Assembly: GCA_964423445.1 (NCBI GenBank)
Contig: CAYREQ010000003.1
Location: 821-64,820, forward strand
Reading direction: 5' to 3'
DNA length: 64,000 bases
Source of the DNA: an uncultured Candidatus Saccharibacteria bacterium
GTDB taxonomy: Bacteria; Patescibacteriota; Minisyncoccia; Phycocordibacterales; UBA9973
Both the position numbers and the translations under genes were made by a program. The notes under the pieces are model-generated. The model was not told the DNA's origin and searched no databases. It saw only the letters and a list, made by a program, of their open reading frames with translations. This document shows, piece after piece, positions 26,635 to 35,943 of the stretch (positions are counted from its first letter, which is position 1; every line of letters begins with the position of its first letter).

Positions 26635-27816
26635 TTACTGATATTGAATATAGCTAGGTTTTGGGCTTAAATTTAAAAGCTCTTTTGGGGTCAGCATAGT
26701 TGTACTAGGTGGCCAAAGATCATTTTTATAGAATAATTTAAATCCAGTAAATTGGACAGGTTCTGGATAAATAAAGTTTTTATATGTTCCAATTTTTTTT
26801 GCTCCACCTCCCCATCCATCCATATGCATTATTATTTGTACTTCAGGCAAGGGTTTTATCTGTTTGTAATTTGTCACCATCTTGCCAGTATAACGATGAA
26901 CGATGAGAACTTTTGGTGGTAAATTATTTTCTTGTACAAGTTTTGCTAGATAGTTTGCTGTAAAATTTATGTCCGTAGCATCGAGCGTACCCACGACTTT
27001 ACCTGGTCGTATACCACTTTTCATAGAAAATTCTGGGTCGACACCGAGGTGAACATTTGGTAATTTTAAATATTTTTCAAAATATGGGACTTCTGCTTGT
27101 AAATTTGAAAAACCTACTTGAATATCCAAGAAGACAATCGCATTTATTTTATCAGCCATTTTAATCACTTTATCTATTTCAGTATCAGGCATACGAGCTC
27201 TGTATTTACCATCTTTACCAGCACTTCCTTGTGCCACTACTGCAATATAGTGAAGAGCAGGAATCACTGGAGTATTTGGGTCGGCTTCTTCCCAGCGTTT
27301 TACTTCCTTATCTAACCTTTGAAACATCTCTGCCTCTTCATATTGACCCAAGACTCCCATTTTTGTGGAGTATAAATTTCCATAATAAGCTACGATACGA
27401 TTGAAGGGTAATATTGCTCCATCATTTGGATAAGGAGCTTTTGCTGGCCAGAGAGTCGGTGGATTTGGTTTTGGCTCTACGGTCACAGTAGTCTCTACTC
27501 CAGTTTTTGGGTCTTTGACTATTTTTGTAGTTGGACCTTTAGGCTCGGGATTATTTGCCAATTCAAGCATTTTTTTATCGTAGGCTATTTTGTCTAGGGG
27601 TTCTATCTCTACTACATTATCTAGCTCAGTCCCCTTTACTAGGCCTTTTGGTTTTTCTTTTTGTGCCACCTTGTCACCAGAATATGAAATTGCATTGATG
27701 AAAAAATCTGGGAAAGTATAAAATGTCACTACTAGCAATAAAAAAAATACAACAAAAAAACCAAAGTGACTGGTGATATATATTTTCTTCAGGCCATTTA
27801 TTATATTTTTTTTCAT
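26635..27816 (-). CDS. membrane-anchored hypothetical protein with extracytoplasmic domain
   Basis: N-terminal TM anchor and a 350-aa C-terminal domain; a glycoside-hydrolase-like fold is possible but not supported by motifs. Confidence 0.3.
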   Translation of the reverse strand: MKKNIINGLKKIYITSHFGFFVVFFLLLVVTFYTFPDFFINAISYSGDKVAQKEKPKGLVKGTELDNVVEIEPLDKIAYDKKMLELANNPEPKGPTTKIVKDPKTGVETTVTVEPKPNPPTLWPAKAPYPNDGAILPFNRIVAYYGNLYSTKMGVLGQYEEAEMFQRLDKEVKRWEEADPNTPVIPALHYIAVVAQGSAGKDGKYRARMPDTEIDKVIKMADKINAIVFLDIQVGFSNLQAEVPYFEKYLKLPNVHLGVDPEFSMKSGIRPGKVVGTLDATDINFTANYLAKLVQENNLPPKVLIVHRYTGKMVTNYKQIKPLPEVQIIMHMDGWGGGAKKIGTYKNFIYPEPVQFTGFKLFYKNDLWPPSTTMLTPKELLNLSPKPSYIQYQ

Positions 27817-27822
27817 TCTTTT

Positions 27823-29010
27823 CTACAGATTTTTTGCTCTATCACCAAACTTTAGACTATATTGTTTGTTTTGATATTTTCTAACAATAACATAATTCAT
27901 GAGCCAAGTCATACCGAATAAAATCAAGAAATAAATAAGCCCTGAAAAACTAATGCTCGGTAGCTTGCTGGCAGACAAATAGCCCAATACTCCAGAAATT
28001 ACTCCGATACTTGTGATAGTCTGCAAGGATTTCAAATTGTTGCTGGTGCTCTGGTTTTTTATTTCTACCATGTTTGCAATAGCAGAAGACAAGTAATCTG
28101 AAGTCATCTTCCAAATTTCTTTTATGTATGTGAGGGTGTCTGTAAGAGTTTCAAATTTATATTCAAAAAGCATTATCAAGTCTTTATCAATATTTAAATT
28201 TTTAGCTATAGATGAACGCGTGCTCACATAAGCACCCATTTGGTTTATTCTATTACTTATCAAGCTAATTGTCTTTTGGTAAGTATCCAATTTTCCGCGT
28301 AGATTTTCCACGTCTTTTCCTTGTATTACTTTAGCTTCTTTGATATTTGATATTTCTTCCCAAATTGTACGATGAATATCTAAATACTTTTCCAATTGAT
28401 CTTTGAATTCTCGGAAAAATATCTGCATGCCTATAAGGTCTACCAATGATTTTGTAGAATCTATGGAGGCAGATATAAAAATATATTTTGAAGTTTTATA
28501 TACGGTCAAAGCGTCGCTGGATATTTTTGAATAAACTTCACCAAAAGTTTCTGTGTCAATTTTAAAATTACTGTTTTTACTCTCTCTAAAGCTGATGACT
28601 ACAGGGTGTACAGTCTTTATATTTGCTAATTTTTTAGGAGTCGGTGCCCCGCGTGAAAATATATACGATAAAGCTGGCCGTAATTTATTTTGATAATAAT
28701 CTTCTAGAATTTGATGAGTCTTGTCTATGTCTTCTTTATTGTTTGTGATTATTTCCAAAGTATACAATCCGTCTTCGTAATATCTAATCTCAATACCAGA
28801 ATCAGTCACAGCTCTTACATACTCAAAATAACCTGGCTCTCTAGAGACATGTTTCAACTTTAAAGCTTTGTGGAGCTTTTTTAATTTCTCTTTAGATAGA
28901 TGTAAATGTGAATCACCGTCACTAAATAAAAAATGTACTTCACTCAAATGAAGAGTGGTTCGCTGATACCATCCACCATAAGTGACTCGGAGTTGTCCTT
29001 CTTTCAACAT
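27823..29010 (-). CDS. hypothetical protein with C-terminal two-TM hairpin (distant CorA-like topology)
   Basis: Large soluble N-domain and two C-terminal TM helices with an LFGMTWLMNY loop loosely reminiscent of the CorA GMN region; weak. Confidence 0.3.
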   Translation of the reverse strand: MLKEGQLRVTYGGWYQRTTLHLSEVHFLFSDGDSHLHLSKEKLKKLHKALKLKHVSREPGYFEYVRAVTDSGIEIRYYEDGLYTLEIITNNKEDIDKTHQILEDYYQNKLRPALSYIFSRGAPTPKKLANIKTVHPVVISFRESKNSNFKIDTETFGEVYSKISSDALTVYKTSKYIFISASIDSTKSLVDLIGMQIFFREFKDQLEKYLDIHRTIWEEISNIKEAKVIQGKDVENLRGKLDTYQKTISLISNRINQMGAYVSTRSSIAKNLNIDKDLIMLFEYKFETLTDTLTYIKEIWKMTSDYLSSAIANMVEIKNQSTSNNLKSLQTITSIGVISGVLGYLSASKLPSISFSGLIYFLILFGMTWLMNYVIVRKYQNKQYSLKFGDRAKNL

Positions 29011-29040
29011 ATTTATATTGTAACAAAAAATAGTGAAATT

Positions 29041-30783
29041 TTAAACTCTCTCACCTATTTGCTGTCTCCACATAGCAGAATATAGTCCTTGTTTTTTGAG
29101 TAGTTCGTCGTGTGAGCCTGATTCTATGATTGAACCTTTTTCAAGTACATATATAGTATCTGCATGCATAATAGTAGAAAGTCTATGGGCTATGAGTATC
29201 GTAATTCTAGAGCCGATAGTAGACACATCTCTTATAGTCTTAGTGATTTCTTCTTCGGTCAGAGAGTCGAGCGCACTCGTAGCTTCGTCAAAAATTAAAA
29301 TATTTGGCAAGCGGAGCAACGCCCGAGCGATAGATAGACGCTGGCGTTCTCCCCCAGAGACTTTTACTCCACCCTCACCTATCAAAGTATCAAGTCCTTT
29401 GCCTCCACGAGAAAGTAAATTTTGGCATTGAGCATCATCTAATGCTTTTAAACATTCTTCGTCTGTAGCGTCAGGTTTTACGAAAATCAAATTTTCACGA
29501 ATAGTTCCCGCAAAAAGCTGAGTATCTTGGGTAACAAAGCCTATCTGCCTCCTTAAATCTTCTTTGTTCATAGATTCAAAAGCTGTGTCATTGTAATGTA
29601 TTTCACCTTTTGTCGGCAAATATAGACCTACGAGCAACTTGACCAAAGACGTCTTACCAGAGCCAGATGGACCTACGAAAGCAACTGTTTTCCCTTGTGA
29701 GACATCATAAGAAATATCGGAGAGTGCTTCTTCGTTTCCAGATTTATATTTAAAGGATACATTTTTGAAAGATAATTTTTTTATAACTCCAATATCTTTT
29801 GGATTTTGGACAGTAGCTTCTTTGGGTGTCTCAATAAGTTTCTGAAAATTAGTGAGCGATGCTTCGGCTTCCCTATATATACCTATTACATTGCCTAATT
29901 CTTGGAGAGGATTAAAAATAAAGAACGAATACACAAACAAAGAGAAGAATTCACCAAAAGTAATAACATGGGTAAATATCAAATACAATAAAAAGAAGAG
30001 CAAGCTAGTACGAACAAAGTTTATGACTGTACCTTGTATAAAAGATAACGAACGCAAATAACGAAGTTTTTTTAATTCTAAATTTAATATTTTTTCAGTC
30101 GTAGTATTTAATCTACCTATTTCTTGATTGGCGAGGCCGAGTGATTTTACTAATTCAATATTACGCAATGATTCGGTAGTAGAACCAGCCAAAGCTGTAG
30201 TCTCAGATACGATGACCATCTGAATATTTTTAATTTTCTTTGAAAGAATCATGCTCATACCAGCGATAATCGGAATAGTACCAAAAAGTACAAGGGCTAT
30301 GACCCAATAAATACTGGTAGCGTATATAGCTACAAAAATAAATCCTATCAAAGACACGAAAAGTACATTTACGACAGATGCTATCAATCTCTCTGTGTCT
30401 CCCCTCACTTTCTGTAATTTACCCAGAGTCTCTCCACTTCGCTCATCTTCAAAGACACTATATGGCAAAGACAAAGCGTGAGATACACCATCTCTATATA
30501 AATCTGCACCTACTCTCTGACTGATGCCGTTTAAAAAATAATCTTGAAAATTTTTCGCAGTACGAGAAATAAAAGCTGTGCCGACTATAGCAAGGAGTAA
30601 TAATCCGACACCATAAAAAAACTCTGTCTTAGTGTACAAATCAGGCTTCATGGCATACGTATCTATGACATGTTTAAAAATATATGGGTCTAGTAAAGAA
30701 AAAATTTGATTGATACTAGCCAACACCAAAGTCAAAACACAAAGCTTCCAGTATTTTTTTAAATAACGGTAAAAAATTTTCAT
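29041..30783 (-). CDS. ABC transporter, fused permease/ATP-binding exporter (MsbA-like)
   Basis: Six-TM N-terminal domain, then Walker A GPSGSGKTS, signature LSGGERQR and Walker B ILIFDEATSALD. Confidence 0.8.
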   Translation of the reverse strand: MKIFYRYLKKYWKLCVLTLVLASINQIFSLLDPYIFKHVIDTYAMKPDLYTKTEFFYGVGLLLLAIVGTAFISRTAKNFQDYFLNGISQRVGADLYRDGVSHALSLPYSVFEDERSGETLGKLQKVRGDTERLIASVVNVLFVSLIGFIFVAIYATSIYWVIALVLFGTIPIIAGMSMILSKKIKNIQMVIVSETTALAGSTTESLRNIELVKSLGLANQEIGRLNTTTEKILNLELKKLRYLRSLSFIQGTVINFVRTSLLFFLLYLIFTHVITFGEFFSLFVYSFFIFNPLQELGNVIGIYREAEASLTNFQKLIETPKEATVQNPKDIGVIKKLSFKNVSFKYKSGNEEALSDISYDVSQGKTVAFVGPSGSGKTSLVKLLVGLYLPTKGEIHYNDTAFESMNKEDLRRQIGFVTQDTQLFAGTIRENLIFVKPDATDEECLKALDDAQCQNLLSRGGKGLDTLIGEGGVKVSGGERQRLSIARALLRLPNILIFDEATSALDSLTEEEITKTIRDVSTIGSRITILIAHRLSTIMHADTIYVLEKGSIIESGSHDELLKKQGLYSAMWRQQIGERV

Positions 30784-30801
30784 GATTCAGTTTTTAGAAA
30801 A

Positions 30802-30969
30802 TTATTTAGCTGAATGCTCTTTGCTAAATTTAACTCCAATATAATAGGGCCAAATTATCAAAGCGAGGACTCCTTTCCAGAAAGAAAGGTGTAGGTAGCC
30901 TATAGAGAAAAGCCAGCCTATTGCCCAAAGTGTGCCAAATACATCTTGATTTATAATTATTGGTTTCAT
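30802..30969 (-). CDS. small membrane protein (55 aa), paralog 1
   Basis: Not in the ORF track (under 60 aa). It translates to MKPIIINQDVFGTLWAIGWLFSIGYLHLSFWKGVLALIIWPYYIGVKFSKEHSAK and shares the WLF(S/T)IG(Y/F)L.L(S/T)FWKGVLAL..WPY motif with the 32950..33111 product. Confidence 0.4.
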   Translation of the reverse strand: MKPIIINQDVFGTLWAIGWLFSIGYLHLSFWKGVLALIIWPYYIGVKFSKEHSAK

Positions 30970-30978
30970 ATATATATT

Positions 30979-31863
30979 CTACTTTATTTTTGCTATTTTT
31001 TCAACAACAGAATCTTTGATATCTTCCAAGAAAAGCTGTAAGTGTGGGAAAGCTATTTCTATATCTGCCTCGTCTAGTGCATGTTTTACTTCTTCGGTTA
31101 CTGCAAAGTGTATCCTCCTCTCGATAGACGCATCCCCTATCCAGACACGAACTTGAAGCTTTACGCTAGAATCTGCTAGCTCATCTGCGACTACGTCGGG
31201 GGCTGGATTTTTCAAGACACCATCTATCTTTGAAACTTTTGCGAGTATCGCTTCTCTCGCTTTTTCTATGGATTCTTTGTATGCAATACCTACAGAGACC
31301 ACTATTCTCGTGTCTCCATTTGTAGTGTGGTCTACCAATATATCATTTATTATTTTCTGGTTTGGTATGACTACATAAGTATTATCTTGAGTTCTAATTC
31401 TAGTACTTCGTATTGTAATCTCTTCTACGCGACCATACTCATTTTGATATGTGAGATAATCTCCTACTCGGAAAGGCTTGTCTATAAAAATCAAAAAGCC
31501 GGCTATGACATTTGATAAAGCGTCTTGGGATGCAAAACCTATGGCTATACCGACGACTCCGACTCCAGCCAAAGCTGAAGATACATTGAAGCCGAGCTGT
31601 TTGGCTATGGTCACTATCGCGAGGACCCCTAGAATGACTCTAAGTATTACGTCTATGATATTTATCAGAGCTTTTTCAACACGGAATTTTCTGAGGATAA
31701 AATTGAACGGAATAGAAATTATGAAATATAAAATCGTAAAAGAAATCAATACCAAGAAAGACCCAAAAATATTTGGCAACATTTCTATGATCTTTGCTTT
31801 TAAAACCATAGGCTCTAAATTAAAGAAAAATTTTGACATATTTTTATTGTAGCAATTTTGCAC
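30979..31863 (-). CDS. small-conductance mechanosensitive channel (MscS family)
   Basis: N-terminal TM helices followed by a conserved MscS beta-domain (FRVGDYLT...GRVEEITIRSTRIRT). Confidence 0.75.
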   Translation of the reverse strand: MQNCYNKNMSKFFFNLEPMVLKAKIIEMLPNIFGSFLVLISFTILYFIISIPFNFILRKFRVEKALINIIDVILRVILGVLAIVTIAKQLGFNVSSALAGVGVVGIAIGFASQDALSNVIAGFLIFIDKPFRVGDYLTYQNEYGRVEEITIRSTRIRTQDNTYVVIPNQKIINDILVDHTTNGDTRIVVSVGIAYKESIEKAREAILAKVSKIDGVLKNPAPDVVADELADSSVKLQVRVWIGDASIERRIHFAVTEEVKHALDEADIEIAFPHLQLFLEDIKDSVVEKIAKIK

Positions 31864-31874
31864 TAAATCTCAAA

Positions 31875-32456
31875 TTATTTTGACCTAGCGTTCTTTAAAG
31901 CATTACTCCACCATAAAAGCTGAGTAATCATACTCTTAGCCTTTTCAGTATACTTTGCAAAAAGTTCTGCTGGTGTACCTTGGCCAAACAATACTGGGAA
32001 ATATAATTCACCATTTATATTTATAGATTCTCGTATTGGAGACATTTGTAATTCTATAGCATTGAGGCGTAACTGCTCTACAGCCCGTGCACCACCTACA
32101 GTACCGTAACTCACAAAAGCCACTGGCTTGTTGTTCCATTCTTGGTATACCCAATCAAGAGCATTTTTTAATACTGCTGTAGTACCACGATTGTATTCTG
32201 GGGTGACTATCACATAAGCATCTGCTTCAGCTATCTTTGTAGTAAAACGAGCCACGGCTTCATTTTTATATGGTTCTGTCTTGTATGATGGACTGACTGC
32301 CTCATTGAAAAATGGCATCTCGTAATCTCGTAAGTCTAATACTTCTACTGTTACATCTGTCTCTTTCTTTAATTCTTCAGCTATCCAAGCTCCGGCTTTA
32401 TCACCAAAGCGACCCTCTCTAGTACTACCTATTATTACTTTTATATTGTGTGACAT
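31875..32456 (-). CDS. NAD(P)H-dependent FMN reductase (ChrR/YieF-like flavodoxin fold)
   Basis: The KVIIGSTREGRFGDKAGAWI N-terminus is typical of the NADPH-FMN reductase family. Confidence 0.65.
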   Translation of the reverse strand: MSHNIKVIIGSTREGRFGDKAGAWIAEELKKETDVTVEVLDLRDYEMPFFNEAVSPSYKTEPYKNEAVARFTTKIAEADAYVIVTPEYNRGTTAVLKNALDWVYQEWNNKPVAFVSYGTVGGARAVEQLRLNAIELQMSPIRESININGELYFPVLFGQGTPAELFAKYTEKAKSMITQLLWWSNALKNARSK

Positions 32457-32477
32457 AATTTTTTTTAAATATTAATT

Positions 32478-32780
32478 TTATAATTTATTTTTTTTAATTT
32501 CGTTTGGGCAAATTTGTTCAGAGAGACGTTTTAGGAGCCCTACTGTGTGCTCGGTATTTAGTGTGTATAATACTTCTTGGCCACGCTTTTCATCATTTAC
32601 TAAACCTGTCTCTTTTAATACTCGAAGATGCTGGGAAACCAAAGGCTGAGAGAGCTTTGTCTTTTTTACAAGCTCATTTACTGTTTTCGGACCAGAAAAC
32701 AGAGCTTCAATAATATGATATCGGGAGGTATTACCTATACCCTTCCCGAATTTTTCCATGTCATCGCATAAACTTCCCAT
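32478..32780 (-). CDS. ArsR/SmtB family transcriptional regulator
   Basis: Winged HTH: YHIIEALFSGPKTVNELVKKTKLSQPLVSQHLRVLKETGLV. Confidence 0.65.
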   Translation of the reverse strand: MGSLCDDMEKFGKGIGNTSRYHIIEALFSGPKTVNELVKKTKLSQPLVSQHLRVLKETGLVNDEKRGQEVLYTLNTEHTVGLLKRLSEQICPNEIKKNKL

Positions 32781-32949
32781 ATAAATATATTAGCATATGC
32801 TTATATGATATGCAAATAAAAAAAGCTTCTATTTATTTTCGTAAGAAATTATCATCTCGGTCAGGCTGGGTAACCAATATTTTTGAGTGACTAGTAACCC
32901 AAGACCGATGATTATCAATATAAATAAAAATATTCTAATGGCTTTCATA

Positions 32950-33111
32950 TTAACCAATGATAGAAAATGCCAAGCCTAAAAAGTATGGCCAGACGAATAA
33001 TGCGAGTACACCTTTCCAGAAAGTAAGCTTTAAAAATCCTATAGTAAAAAGCCACGCCATAATCCAGACACCTCCTGTAAACAAATTGTTTTCTATTTTA
33101 ATTTTTTGCAT
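32950..33111 (-). CDS. small membrane protein (53 aa), paralog 2
   Basis: Not in the ORF track. It translates to MQKIKIENNLFTGGVWIMAWLFTIGFLKLTFWKGVLALFVWPYFLGLAFSIIG, paralogous to the 30802..30969 product. Confidence 0.4.
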   Translation of the reverse strand: MQKIKIENNLFTGGVWIMAWLFTIGFLKLTFWKGVLALFVWPYFLGLAFSIIG

Positions 33112-33132
33112 ATATTAATTATATCAAATATA

Positions 33133-33435
33133 TTATTCCTTTTCCTCTCCCCACTGCCATCTAGGCTTTTCACCTTTTTTATAACAGATATAAATCAGTG
33201 CCACAGAATAAGCGATGAGTCTCGGTGCAAAAACAATGAGCGTATCACTAGCGGAGTGCTGTGTAGCATCAATCATCTTAAAACTATATACCAAGACTAA
33301 TACATAGATTAAAATCACTACCCAGCCCTGCCATTTTACTGGTGTCCAGCCCCAGCCATACAACTTTCTCTTAAACCAATATCCTTTTGGATTGTTGGTA
33401 AAATATTTATGCCATTTTTCAAAAAGTTCTTTCAT
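33133..33435 (-). CDS. small Trp-rich membrane protein
   Basis: Has YGWGWTPVKWQGW, then a TM helix, then a second hydrophobic segment; no known family assigned. Confidence 0.3.
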   Translation of the reverse strand: MKELFEKWHKYFTNNPKGYWFKRKLYGWGWTPVKWQGWVVILIYVLVLVYSFKMIDATQHSASDTLIVFAPRLIAYSVALIYICYKKGEKPRWQWGEEKE

Positions 33436-33438
33436 TTT

Positions 33439-33954
33439 TTAAAGATTTATACCTAGTAAGTTTAAAAGAATTGGAGCCAATGGGTCTGCACTCAATCCAT
33501 ATACCATTACTCCCCCTAATATTCCGGTGACAGAGATAGCTAAAAATCCATAGACTGCTAAAACTTTTGAAAAAGTATTGTTTGTAAATATTTTTTCAAG
33601 CTTAGCTGAAATACTCGTGATGATTCCAATTTTTAATTTTGGAATAAAACTTATATTCAAAATAGAAAGTAATTCACCTAGAAAAAGTGTTCCGTAAGTA
33701 AATGTAGACATTGATGCAAATAATGAGTGCATCTCTACGAGGTCATGATTTGGTTTTACCAAATGCTCTGCTGTCTCCCCTGTAGCTAGTGCTGCAAATG
33801 CTCCAAATATACCAGCGGTCAAAAGTACTTGCTCTATCTGCCTCCATGAAATACTTGGAAACCATTTTTTAAATGGCACGACTTTGATAAAAGAATATAG
33901 TAAAAGTAATGCTATAGGAAAATGCACAAAAACAGGATGAAAATTGTATGTCAT
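33439..33954 (-). CDS. DUF2231-like membrane protein
   Basis: HPVFVHFPIALLL N-terminus and four TM helices. Confidence 0.4.
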   Translation of the reverse strand: MTYNFHPVFVHFPIALLLLYSFIKVVPFKKWFPSISWRQIEQVLLTAGIFGAFAALATGETAEHLVKPNHDLVEMHSLFASMSTFTYGTLFLGELLSILNISFIPKLKIGIITSISAKLEKIFTNNTFSKVLAVYGFLAISVTGILGGVMVYGLSADPLAPILLNLLGINL

Positions 33955-33989
33955 ATATTAAGTATACTACTCTCGCATATCTAGGACAA

Positions 33990-34466
33990 TTAACCCCTAA
34001 TAGCTGATTCTATGGTAGCTATATCGATTTTTTTCATAGTCATCATAGCGTCGAAAGCTCTTTTAGATTCTTCTCCTCCTTTTCCCAAAGCTTGAGTGAG
34101 GGCGCGAGGTGTAATCTGCCATGATACTCCCCATTTATCTTTGCACCATCCACACTCGCTCTCTTTACCACCATTTCCGACTATGGCATTCCAATAGCGG
34201 TCTGTCTCTTCTTGGTCTTCTGTAGTAATTTGAAAAGAGAATGCTTCACTTTGTTTAAACATCGGACCACCATTTAATCCCATGCAAGGAATTCCATAGA
34301 CAGTAAATTCTACAGTGAGCACATCACCCTTTTTCCCATCTGGAAAATCACTAGGTGCATGAAAAACATTTCTCACCTCACTGTCAGGAAAAGTTTCTGC
34401 ATAAAACTTTGCGGCATCCTCTGCCCCTTTTTCAAACCAAAGACATATTGTATTTTTGTGTATCAT
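33990..34466 (-). CDS. VOC family protein (PhnB-like / 3-demethylubiquinone-9 3-methyltransferase domain)
   Basis: The CGWCKDKWGVSWQI C-terminal motif is characteristic of PhnB-like VOC proteins. Confidence 0.6.
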   Translation of the reverse strand: MIHKNTICLWFEKGAEDAAKFYAETFPDSEVRNVFHAPSDFPDGKKGDVLTVEFTVYGIPCMGLNGGPMFKQSEAFSFQITTEDQEETDRYWNAIVGNGGKESECGWCKDKWGVSWQITPRALTQALGKGGEESKRAFDAMMTMKKIDIATIESAIRG

Positions 34467-34508
34467 GTTTCTATTATATCAAAAGTATGTTATTTTAAGA
34501 AGGTAAAT

Positions 34509-34579
34509 TGGGAGATCGTCTAATGGTAGGACAACAGGTTCTGGTCCTGTTTATCTAGGTTCGAGTCCTAGTCTCCCAG
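34509..34579 (+). tRNA. tRNA-Gln (anticodon CTG)
   Basis: Cloverleaf: acceptor TGGGAGA/TCTCCCA, D-arm GTCT..GGAC, anticodon stem ACAGG/CCTGT with loop TTCTGGT, T-arm CTAGG-TTCGAGT-CCTAG, discriminator G. No CCA is encoded. Confidence 0.8.
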
Positions 34580-34625
34580 CATTATAAAATGCTATAATCT
34601 AGCTATTAAAAATAGCAATAAACAT

Positions 34626-35147
34626 ATGTCAAAAAATTTAATTTCAGTGCTTATATTGGGTGTGGTTCTAGTAGGAGGTTACTTTATAATTAAAAACGGT
34701 AAGAGGCCAGATACTGCTCCAGCTGTATACAATGAGATGAATAATGGAGAAGAAATAGCAAATAGTGCAGGTAAAAAGATGGCTTTTAGTGAATTCCTAA
34801 AGACAAATACTTCTTCATATAAATGTGATGTAAAGCAAGCTATGAGTGACTTTGAAAACAGTGGCACAGTATATGTAGACGGCCAAAAAGTCAGAGGAGA
34901 TTTTAGTACTATCGCTGAAGGTAAGACTATGACTACTTCCCTAATCGTGAGAGACGACACTTCATATATGTGGTCAAATGGAGAAAATGGTCTACCAGAG
35001 ATTGGTTTTAAAGCAAAAGTAAATAGTGAAAACAATCTAGAAGGATGGAGAGAAAGTATCGGAGATTATGATTGTGAACTTTGGACAGTGGATGAAGCGA
35101 TGTTTGCTGTACCTACAAATATCACTTTCCAAGAAGTGGGAGCGTAA
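34626..35147 (+). CDS. secreted/membrane-anchored hypothetical protein
   Basis: N-terminal TM/signal anchor and no motif. Confidence 0.35.
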   Translation: MSKNLISVLILGVVLVGGYFIIKNGKRPDTAPAVYNEMNNGEEIANSAGKKMAFSEFLKTNTSSYKCDVKQAMSDFENSGTVYVDGQKVRGDFSTIAEGKTMTTSLIVRDDTSYMWSNGENGLPEIGFKAKVNSENNLEGWRESIGDYDCELWTVDEAMFAVPTNITFQEVGA

Positions 35148-35153
35148 ATAAAA

Positions 35154-35900
35154 ATGAAAAGTAATAAAAATTATATCTACATAGCTCTATTTATTTTCTT
35201 AGTTATCATAGGATTGTATTTCAAGTATCAAAAGAGTGACACTACCCTCCCAATAGAAAATCCGAGCGGAGAATTGCCAAATGATAAAGCCTCAGTCACT
35301 ATAACTACAAAAGAAATAAAGGAGGCAAACTTTACCGGTAAAGTCTCAGTCGTCTCGGGTGATAATATCTTGGCAAAAAAAGCACAGTCTTATATAGACG
35401 AGGCTGTAAAGACATTTAAGGAACAAGCAGACAAAGACGTGCCAGATATCAGAAGAGAGTTTGGCGTAGATACTCCGTCTTCTCAATATGAGATAATCAT
35501 AGAAGCAAAATACATAACTAGTGAAAAGACAGAATCAGTGGCAATGCTCACCTACGAATACACTGGTGGAGCTCATGGAAATAATTCTTACAATGTCATC
35601 ACTGCATCAAAGACAAGTGGAGAGATTTTGGCTTTGAATAGTATGATAAAGACAGACAAGCAAAAATCTTTTACTGATTTTGTAAAAAAAGAATTATACG
35701 CTTGGCGACCATTTGATAGCACAGACACAGTAGTATTCACCGAAGAAGTAAGTGCTCTAAATTTTGATTCTTTCAAAAATTGGTCACTAGCCAATGAAAA
35801 TTTAATTTTATACTTTAGCCAATACGACATAGGCCCCGGAGTCTTGGGTCCTGTCGCCTACCCTATACCACTCGAAAAGGTAAAAGACATGCTGAAATAG
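35154..35900 (+). CDS. DUF3298/DUF4163 domain protein (RsiV/PdaC-like extracytoplasmic domain)
   Basis: Has an N-terminal anchor and the EYTGGAHGN hallmark of DUF3298. Confidence 0.55.
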   Translation: MKSNKNYIYIALFIFLVIIGLYFKYQKSDTTLPIENPSGELPNDKASVTITTKEIKEANFTGKVSVVSGDNILAKKAQSYIDEAVKTFKEQADKDVPDIRREFGVDTPSSQYEIIIEAKYITSEKTESVAMLTYEYTGGAHGNNSYNVITASKTSGEILALNSMIKTDKQKSFTDFVKKELYAWRPFDSTDTVVFTEEVSALNFDSFKNWSLANENLILYFSQYDIGPGVLGPVAYPIPLEKVKDMLK

Positions 35901-35903
35901 AAA

Positions 35904-35937
35904 TAAAAAAACCGCCAAATGTTTGGCGGTTTTTTTA
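35904..35937. terminator. bidirectional intrinsic terminator
   Basis: aaaaaaa-accgccaaa-tgtt-tggcggt-ttttttt lies between convergent genes (35900 end of the plus-strand gene, 35944 end of pyrG). Confidence 0.7.
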
Positions 35938-35943
35938 TTGTTT

